This document shows, piece after piece, positions 54,761 through 64,000 of a stretch of DNA of 64,000 nt. This DNA is from the human T2T-CHM13v2.0 reference genome, Homo sapiens: NCBI RefSeq assembly GCF_009914755.1, contig NC_060938.1. One strand, 5' to 3'. The notes beneath the pieces are model-generated. The model ran no database searches. It was not told where the DNA came from and worked only from the letters and a program-made list of their open reading frames with translations. The stretch's first letter is position 1; every line of letters starts with the position of its first letter. The position numbers and the translations under genes were made by a program.

Positions 54761-55308
54761 AAAATTTTTAATTTAGTCATGTTTATTCAAGAGTGTGCTT
54801 TCCTGCTTCCTACTTTATGAACTGCTCCACAGACTGAGCTACTGGGTTTTATCTAGTGCCACAAAGCTCACTCACGTCTTCTTTATAATCTCCTTTAAGC
54901 AATCACATGTATGTTTGCAAAAGGATAGTATGTTTTGGATCACAATTTATGATCTCATGCTACACAAATTACTATGCGCCAAATTTTGTCAAAAAACATA
55001 GAATAGGTCACTGAAATGATAGAAGCATATTAATTTTCCTGTCATTGGGAAATCTGAAGGAACTTCAATGAGTCATATGTTATGTATACTTGAGATTGTG
55101 GAGGTTGCTTAGAGTATACATCATTTAGAGTAACATTATCAAGTCATCCTCTAGTCAGCCCCAAACACCTAATCAATAATTTCTAACTAATCTAAAACAC
55201 TTGTGTTGTCATTTTCAACAATTCAAATTAATGGAAATTTTGAAGATGGATAGATCTTGACGGAAACAAGCAGAGAGATAAAGCAGATGGAGAAAAGAGG
55301 GAGGCAAC

Positions 55309-55371
55309 GAAGGAAGGGAGGGAGGGAGGGAGGGAGGAAGGAAGGAAGGAAGGAAGGAAGGAAGGAAGGAA
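55309..55371 (+). repeat. (GGGA)n(GGAA)9 polypurine microsatellite
   Basis: Nine consecutive GGAA units at 55336-55371. Confidence 0.95.
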
Positions 55372-56552
55372 AAAATAGACTTTGCAACTTATGTAAAAGA
55401 GAGATGTGCAAGATAAAGAAAGTTAAATTCAACGTGGCATTGAATAGAAAGGTATCAAGGAACAGAATGCATGAAAGGAAAAAAAAGCTTAAAATGTGAT
55501 ATGGGAAATACGCGTAGAGGTCAGTACAATATATATTACAGTGAGTGAAGTGACCCACTGGTTAGAACCAGAAATGGTATGCACATTCAAACCTGAACTT
55601 GACATTCTAAGCCATCCAGAAGAACAGCAAAATCAGGGGTCTGTAGAATGGGATCCCCAAGTATAGAAGCACAAGCAGGCCCAAAGAGTTGAACTCGTAA
55701 AAATGTAAAATCGTAAAAAATGTAAATTGGCTTCTCTTGAATATATGTAGAAATCCTTAGCGGGCTGGGTATTTCCCAAACCAAAGCCATGAAATGAAAA
55801 GGAAAGTAAACTCTGGCTGAGTTAATTGGCAAGTATTTCTGAAAAGAGAATGTATCAACAAAAGGGGTGGTCTGTGCATAGTTTAAAAAAAATTAAACCG
55901 AAGAGGGAGGACTTGGCAGCTTTTGTCAACACCTTCCAAGACAGATAATTCCAAGCTCTGAAACATTTAGTATGCTGGTGACTATATGAACTGTTATTTA
56001 AGCCTCTCTAATGCACTTAAATATTTTTTGACACAAATAATACAGTTGTTTGGATAAAGATGTAAATATTTAGTTCACAGGAAATATATAGTAAATAAAA
56101 AATATAATATTTAAGGTGACAAAATTCCATTTTTCTTCTTCTACACTTAGTATTGCAAAATAAGTCACAAGTTACTGAAAAGTATACTGAAATTAATGAT
56201 CTTTGTATGACACCATCCAGAGATAATTACTGTTAACATTTGGTTTATCTTTCCAGCTTTTTCTACAATGTATGTGTGCTTACTGTCATATATTTTACAC
56301 AAAAAGAAAAGTTATATGTTATGCTTTTTCATTTAGTTCCACACATTTTTAAAATTTTTATTTTTTTCTAAAATGTTATAAAAATAGAGAAAATGTAATG
56401 ACCTCCCATGTTCTGATTATTAAGCTTCAAAATTATTAACAGAATCATTTTTGTCCAGACCTCACACATTTACCACCACCCCCAGTTCTGAATTATTGTA
56501 AACAAACCCCAGATATTATATCAATTAGTCTATACACATATCTGAGAAAAAT

Positions 56553-57394
56553 TGCAGGAAAGTTCTCTGGGTGGCTTTGAATTGGCCCAGTTCTCAGTTT
56601 TTTTCTTGCTTGTAGTTCTCAAGAATAATGGTTGAAAGAGTTTGGACACAACATCTTGAGATAAGGACTGGCCAGAAAAGCCCAGGCTCTGTTCCAATCT
56701 CCCCTAGAATTGGGATATCCTTTATCTGACCTAAAGGGTCATGTGGCTCTGTGGCAGAATGCCCTGGGCGGACTACTTTCTAGGGTTCTGTATTAGTCCA
56801 TTTTCACACTGCTATGAAGGATTGCCAGAGACGAGGTAATTTATGAAGGAAAGAGGTTTAATTGACTCACAGTTCAGCAATGACTAGGGAAGCCTCAGGA
56901 AACTTACAGTCATGGGCGAAGGTGAAGGGGAAACAAAGCACCTTCTTCATACGGTGGCAGAACAGGGTGAGCACAATCAGGGGAAATGCCAGATGCTTAC
57001 AAAACCATCAGATCTCCTGAGATTCACTCACTATCACAAGAACAGCATGGGGGAAGCCACTCCCATGATCCAATTACCTCCACTTGGTCCCGCCCTTGAC
57101 ACACGGGGATCGTGAGGATTACATTTCAAGAAGAGGTTTTGGTTGGGGACACAGCCACGCTATACTAGGTCCCTCAACTGCAAGTGGGGCATGTGCAGAT
57201 GAGATTCCATCCACCCTGGCAGGTTTTCTGAGCTTTGAGGGACTAGCTCACAATGAATTCTAGGCTTCTGCTGTCCCTTGCTGCCTATCTGGAAGAAAAA
57301 ACATCCATTTCATGTAACTTGTTGCATATGACTGTGTTCTGTCTCACCAGACTCAGACATGTTGGAAACCAATATACAATGAATCTGTTTTGCA
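56553..57394 (+). mobile_element. LTR47-like (ERVL) solo LTR interrupted by a THE1
   Basis: ctaggcttctgctgtcccttgctgcctatctg...ttcatgtaacttgttgc...gttctgtctcaccagactcagaca. It sits inside antisense L1M sequence. Confidence 0.6.
56789..57167 (-). mobile_element. THE1D-like (MaLR) solo LTR
   Basis: tgtattagtccattttcacactgctat...ggggacacagcc; TSD ggttc / ggtcc. Confidence 0.9.
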
Positions 57395-59226
57395 AATATG
57401 GATGTCTTTTTAAAAACATAACAATACCAATATCTTATCTAACAAGTTATTACAATTCCTTAATATAATCAAATGTCATTCAATGCTTAAATCTCTCTGC
57501 TTGGCATCAATATTTTTTATTATTCTTTATGAGCTTTATGATCCAAATAAATCCTATGTTGGATAATGTATTTCTAAGTTATTTTTAAATGATTGGTTCT
57601 TACTCCTTCACTTCTTTTTTTTCCTTGCAATTTGTTTTAAGATGGAATCTTTTATTCTGTAGAGCTTGTCAAGACTGAACTTTGCTGATTACATTTCCAT
57701 GATATCATTCAATATGTTCTTCTGCCCTTGTATTTCTTACAAATTAGAATTCAATGTAGAGAACTGATCAGGTTCAGACTCAGTTGCATAGTATTTCACT
57801 GTATAAAATTTTTACCTATATTAATACTAATGATATTTTAATACTTTATATTTTTCTGTTATTATAAGTGTTACTATAATTTTAAGCATAAATTTTTGCA
57901 CATTTATCTGACTACTTACTTAAGATAATTTCTTAGAAGTTTTATTGCAGAACCTAAAGGTGTATGCTTTTAAAAAAATTCCTGGTGCATATTGTCAAAT
58001 TGGCCTTCAGAAAAATGATCCTATTTTAAATCACACTTGACATACTTGAAAGTCTATTCCCTCATATTATTTTAAGAAATCTTGTTATGGCTCTTTTTTT
58101 AGTATTTTCAGATTGATAGGATATTTTCTTCTTTCATTCAGTTGAATTTTTGTTACTTTTGAATTTGAGCAAATTATACTGCTATTGTAATGTGATTTAA
58201 AAGTTAATAAATTGACATTCTGATTCCTAGAAGCACCTTTTGTATGATAATTAGCATGAATTGGTCACTGACAGTCTGATGAAATCTGAAATATTAGAAT
58301 AGAGGGTTGTATTTTGTAAATTTAAGAGCAGATTCTGGTTCACCGTGATTTGATCACACTATAGTTACTTATCGCATTACTGACCTCTTTTCTTAATGTT
58401 AACACTATAGGAATGAAATAAGAAAAGTACAGTTTGAAGATAAGAAGAAATGTATTTCATTCCATAAATTTGAAGTGATATAGAAAACACACATCTAGAG
58501 GTTTAATTCTTCACCCTCCAGGCCAATCTTTACAATTTCTTTTCTTTCTTATTAAACAGAGACTACAGAAGCATATCGATTTTTCATTATTGTTAAAAAT
58601 TTTTCAAATGCTTCCAATGGAATATAATTAGCTTTACCAAGCACTGTGCTCTGAGCCTGAGAGATAATGTCTTTCTGCATACAATTCCTCTGCAGTTGCA
58701 GTGGTCTTGAGTATAGTTTCTGAAGGTGATCATTCCTGCTCTTACAGTGAAGTTTTTGCAGCAGAGCATCTTTTCTTGTTGAATTTCATATTTCTTGGCA
58801 GCCTGTAGGGATGTTGTCAGGATAATATATTAGGCTATTTCATATTATCTCCTTGGGAGTTTTGCTATTCTTTTGGTATTTTTCTGACAAATTAGAAGTT
58901 AATGTGAGACAGTGCATAAACTGCAGGGAATTTTTCTCTTTTCTTTTTCTTAATAAGTTTGAAATCAATTGAAAAATCATTCTAGAAAATAAAATACCTT
59001 TTGCTTCTTTATTAATCTGTATGCTCAGTATTTAACAAGTAAGCATTGTGCTGGAGTAGGTAAAAAAGTAAGGAGGCAGATAAAAAAGTAAAGTACATAA
59101 GAAAATTCCCCACTAGAAGTTGTGTATGTAGCCACTTCTATACAGTAAATTGTAACATACTGTCCAGGGATAAAACATCGGAGCAATGTTTGACTTGTGC
59201 TTTGGGAGCCAAGAGGTGTTAATAAA

Positions 59227-59728
59227 TGTTTTGGGTTGAATTGTGTGTTCTCTATCCCCAGTAAAAATATGTTGAAGTCCTAATTGTCAATACTTGTGTT
59301 CATAATCTTGTTTGGAAATAGGGTCTTGAGAGATTCAAAAAAGTTAACTTGAGGTTATTAGGATGAGCCCTAGTCCTGTGTGACCGATATCCTCATAAAG
59401 ATAAAATAAGAATAGTGAAATTTGGACATAGACACACAGATAGAACACCATGAGAAGACACAGAGATACATAAACACAGAAGGAAGACAAGACAGCATGT
59501 GAATATGGAGAACTGGAGCTATGCTGCCACAAGCCGAGAAACCCCTGGGGCTGCCAGAAGCCAGAAGAGGCAGAGAGGATCCTCCTTTGGAAGCCTCAGG
59601 GAAAGCATGGTCCTGCCCACACTGACTTCAGACTTCTAGCTTTCAGAACTGTGACATAATTAATTTCGGTTGTCTTGAGCCCCTCAGTTTGTGGTACTTT
59701 GTTATAACAGCCCCAGGAAATTAATGCA
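59227..59728 (+). mobile_element. MLT1C-like solo LTR
   Basis: tgttttgggttgaattgtgt...gtactttgttataacagccccaggaaattaatgca. Confidence 0.85.
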
Positions 59729-62147
59729 TAATTATATTTGCAAGCATGGAGAAGACAAAGGGTTGGATTCAAAGGAGGAGGAAACGTTCGGGGATTAACT
59801 TTCATTATACAGTCTAATAACTCATATATCACTTTCTTCAGAAAGCATTTTTTGGTCACTCTTAGGCTAGTTTAGGGGTACTTCCTACATACTCCCCTGA
59901 TATATAAGTTCCCTGTTATAGCATATATGAACATTTATTGCAATTGCTTCACCAATATCTCTTCTAATCATAGTATCTGCTCCACTATTAATTCTATGAA
60001 AAAGGGATTAGTATTGTTGTTTCTTCTTAGTCTTTCCTATTGATACAAAGGGGAAATGCCTATTACAATTGTGTAGTGTCTTTAGAATATGATTAAAATG
60101 TGCCTTCTAGTTTCTCCATTCACTACACACACATACACACACAGGTGTGTGTGTGCACACATGGACTAAATGAGTGCATGGAATGCCATCAGGTTAACCA
60201 AATAGTATGCATCTACAAAAAATCTATTTTTCACGTACTTGTCAATGGGCTGAAATCTTGCCTCCATAGTCTCACTCAACAGCAGGGTGAAAATTCTATA
60301 CTCCGATAGTAATTATTATTTCATTGGTTAAACCACTAGAAGGTGAGATGATTTGTAAAAAACTCGATAGATCACCCCCTAAGAATATTCCTGAAGAAAC
60401 ACAACTCATAGAATGCCTATGAGTTTCCAACTAAATAAGCATATAAGGGTTTATTATTCAGTAATATTGGTGTAAGAAACTGGAACCTATCTTTCATTCT
60501 GAATAAAAAGCAATAAATAAGTCACTCACAGAACATGAAAAGTCATTATGTTATAAATCTATCTCATAGTTAAAAACTGGCTTATTTTCTTTAAATTAGT
60601 TACCTCTAATCTTAATTCACAAGTAGATCTCTATTAGCATATTAAGCTACTGTTCTTTTCCTGTTTTCATTTTTGTAAGACAAACAAGGTTTTTTAAAGG
60701 GCACCCTTGTTGACCTAGCTGCCTTTCCTGTATTTTATTACCCCTATTATACATAGATTCAATTTATAACAGATAATAGTTGCATAACATAGCACTGGGA
60801 CAGCTGTGTTATTCATAATTTCATTTCCTCTAATAAAGCTTTCACATTTGAAATTGTTGTTTTTCTGCATTAACATATAAGTAAAAAGTAAGGATTAACT
60901 GGCTTCCCATGTAGTTGGAATAAGATGGGGGTCAATCTAAAAAATAAATAAAAATAAAATTCTTAAAGCTAGGTAATTGCTTCTATATTGTATTATTGAA
61001 ACAAGCTTTACGTAGTTACGTGTTGCTAACCTCTGCATTTCTAACTATTCTTCAGTGAGAGAAGAAATATTAATACTTTAGTCTTCAGCAGTGAGTACCA
61101 AAAAGCAAGTATTTAATCCTGACCTCTGTACAGTGAACACCTGGTAGTTTCGGAGCAATATCTGGCAGCCAGTGACTGTAAGAGTTTCCAGTGGGAATGG
61201 CCATTCTTGTCAGCTCAGCAGTGGTGGTAACTGAGGTCGTGGGAAGAGAGCTAACCACGACTTCCAGAAGCAGTTGTCATCAACACAGAGAAGCCAAATG
61301 CAATCCCTTCCAATCAAATCCCTTATCAAAAATTTCCTCCAAAACCAATCTATTCTATCTCAGCGTCTACAATGGCATCACGGTTCTTAATATTGATAGT
61401 GTGTCCTTCCTTTTCCTTAAATAACAAAAGTTCTCTGCAGTTGTCAGGATATCCTTAGAGAAAAGCTGCAGTCTCCAATATAGTCTTACTGTTTTCCTAT
61501 ATGTTATATTGTGAGTGTCCATGTATAAGAACAATGTGTGGTGATAAATCACAAAGAAATGACCCCGCTTTTGGGTTTTTTAAAAATAACTACTTCCATT
61601 GATAAGAGTAAATTATTCATTTAGTGTCTTATCTCATTCCTTTCTAGTACCCTTTTTTTTTTTAACTTTGCAGTTTTTATCTTGAACCTCATCATTAGCA
61701 CTTAGAGGGACAAATATAAGTGAAACAAAAGTCACTCTTTGATACATAATTAGAACTTAATTTTTATATATGTATGTACATAGATACATAGATGTAGATA
61801 TATAGATATAGAGATATAGATATACTTTTTTTCCTTTCCAAGTCTTTGTCCTCCACAGTACATCATTCATTGTCACAGGTAACTGAGAGTTGATTCTTTA
61901 CGTATTACTGCTAGGCTAGGTCGCAGGAAGGATTAGTTCTACCAGATTAACAGTTTTTAATGTTTTTTTTCCTTGTAAAGCCAACCTGAACACTCACAGG
62001 CAGAGTCAATGAGTTCTTACAGCCCTTGGATGCAGCCTTCTTCTGCAGCTAGGCTGGGATATTTTCCAGAATAGAATAGACATGTTCTAAAGTGTCTTGT
62101 AGAAAAAGCACATATTGACAAGCTGTGGTTGAACCTGAATCAAAAAC

Positions 62148-62820
62148 AGTCGGGCCCAGTGCTTTGGGAGGCCAAGGCAGGAGAATCATTTGAGGCTAAG
62201 AGCGTGAAAGCAGCCTGGGCAACATAAAAAGACCCGCATCTCTACTAGTCCCTTCTCACACTGCTAATAAAGACATACCTGAGACTGGGTGATTTATAAA
62301 GAAAAGAGGTTTAATTGGCTCACAGTTCAGCATGGCTGGAGAGGCATCAGGAAACTTAAAATCATAGCAGAAGGGGAAGCAAGCATGTCTTTCTTCGCAT
62401 GGTGGCAGAAAGAGATGTGAGTGCTGAGAGAAGGGTGAAGCCCCTTATAAAACCATCAGATCTCATGAGAACTCACTCACTATCACAAGAACAGCATGGC
62501 AGGAACTGCCTCTGTGATTCAATTATCTCCACCTGGCTCCTTCCACAACACGTGGGGATTATGGGAACTACAATTCAAGATGAGATTTGTGTGGGACAAA
62601 GCCAAACCATATCACCGCCTCTACAAAAAAAAAAATTAGAAAAATTAGCTGTATGTGGTAGTATGCACCTGTAGTCTCAGCTGCTCTGGAGGCTGGGGCA
62701 GGAGGATTGTTCAAGCCCATGAGGTCAGGACTGTAGTAAGCTATGCCTGCACCACTGCACTGCACTCCAGCCTGAGTGAGGGTGAGAACTTGTCTCTTAA
62801 AAAGAAGAAGAAAAAAAAAA
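62148..62820 (+). mobile_element. AluJ SINE split by a THE1 LTR
   Basis: Left arm 62148-62240 (A-box region deleted) and right part 62615-62820 with an A tail. Confidence 0.88.
62241..62614 (-). mobile_element. THE1C-like solo LTR nested in the AluJ
   Basis: ..tagtcccttctcacactgctaataaagacatacctgagactggg...gccaaaccatatca; degenerate TSD gcatc / ccgcc (Alu consensus ccgtc). Confidence 0.9.
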
Positions 62821-63484
62821 GCTTGAGATGTTACTTTGAGTTCCTGTAAATCGTTAATTAACTATCTGCTGCATTAAGAAATATTTACATATAGAAACAA
62901 TAAAAGTGTCCTCAATAGGAGACAGCAGAAGTAAACAAAGCCACATTTGCCTGATGGAAAACAATAAACATAAGGGATTAAGTAGTTCCACATAGTGATG
63001 TGAAGATAAAACATAGTATTAATTACATAAAGGGAAGCACAGAAGAATCTGTATAATATGATGTCCTTGTGTCAATAAACTTAAAGCATGATAAGTAGAT
63101 ACCTGAATATTTATGTGATGGTATATGTATTTATTACTGTATTCTGGGGTGGAATGAGTTAAAATAACCTACTAATAATTGTTAGCTTTGAGTAAGAGAA
63201 AACAAAATATTCTTTTACAAAATTTTTTGTTACCTTCTCTATGGTTTGCACTTTATAAATGTGCATGTTTATTGTTTTTACTTCTTTAAAAGCAATCCAA
63301 CTATTAATAATGTAGGTGACCATTTGTGGCATCATTAGTAGGTTTGTTGCCTTCCTGACTTCATATGTAAAACAGCAACACATAAACTTTAAAACCTTAA
63401 AGTTATGTATAAAGAAATTGCCTGTCCCTGGAAATGAAGTTCAGTGTTCACCAGTATTAAAAAAATTTAATTTTTGTAGATTTA

Positions 63485-63630
63485 CCTTTAATTTTTTAAT
63501 TAAAATTTTAAATTGACACAGAATAATTGTACATATTTATGGGGTACATAGTGATGTTTGGATACATGTATAGTGTGGTCAGATCAGTGTAATTAGCATA
63601 ACCATCATCTCAAATATTTATCATTTATTG
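63485..63630 (-). mobile_element. L1MA-type 3' end fragment
   Basis: aataattgtacatatttatggggtacatagtgatgttt...atcagtgtaattagcata. Confidence 0.75.
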
Positions 63631-64000
63631 GAAGAGGTATTTTTAAATATAAAGCAATTTTAGTGGTAATGAAGACTGAATAGATAAATCAATTGTTGAG
63701 ACTTAGCTCCACGTTGATGGCTAAATATTTTATTTATACTTAAATCCTGAACCTGTTTTGTTAGCTCTTTCACCACATTGCAGAAATTAATGATTAAAAT
63801 TTACTGACAGCATAATACTTTAGGAGGTGAAGCCTAGTGATTAACCACAGACCTAAAAGTGGGGGGAAAAAGATCAGAGGTATTAAACTTAGGGCAAGTG
63901 TATTATAAAAATCTATCAGTGAATTCTTCTTTTTAATCACTAAATAATAAGCTCCATGAAAGCTGATATTTTTATTAAATTTAGTCCCCATTTTCCTCAC

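Noticed and set aside
60125-60425. Short hairpins ((CA)n/(TG)n at 60125-60155; aactcatag/ctatgagtt at 60403-60425)
   Set aside because: Short or low-complexity stems of the kind expected by chance in 64 kb.

Overview
Primate (human-like) AT-rich, CpG-depleted non-coding genomic DNA, either intergenic or deep intronic. I recognise no host protein-coding exon, tRNA, rRNA or CRISPR array. Most listed ORFs are incidental or derive from Alu, LTR or microsatellite sequence; the only genuine protein remnants are LINE-1 ORF1/ORF2 fragments at 51-53.4 kb. The window is a layered transposon landscape: 8 Alus; solo LTRs of MER11 (HERV-K HML-8) and LTR17 (HERV-W) with intact target-site duplications (TSDs); MER39, MER34, LTR47-like, MLT1, MLT2, MST and THE1 LTRs; Tigger2a, MER53, MER58B and Charlie1 DNA transposons; and L1, L2, CR1 and MIR fragments. 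Subfamily names come from my recall of consensus sequences and need RepeatMasker/Dfam confirmation. Structure these repeats do not explain: a very recent 477-bp tandem duplication (29.46-30.4 kb); an exact 30-bp direct repeat 1263 bp apart (36.67/37.93 kb); a convergent L1/L1 fusion joined through a 4-bp microhomology; a possible decayed coding exon on the minus strand (14.5-14.9 kb); recursive-splice-like AG|GT sites; and several enhancer or CTCF candidates. I found no convincing new biological system; the findings are testable leads.
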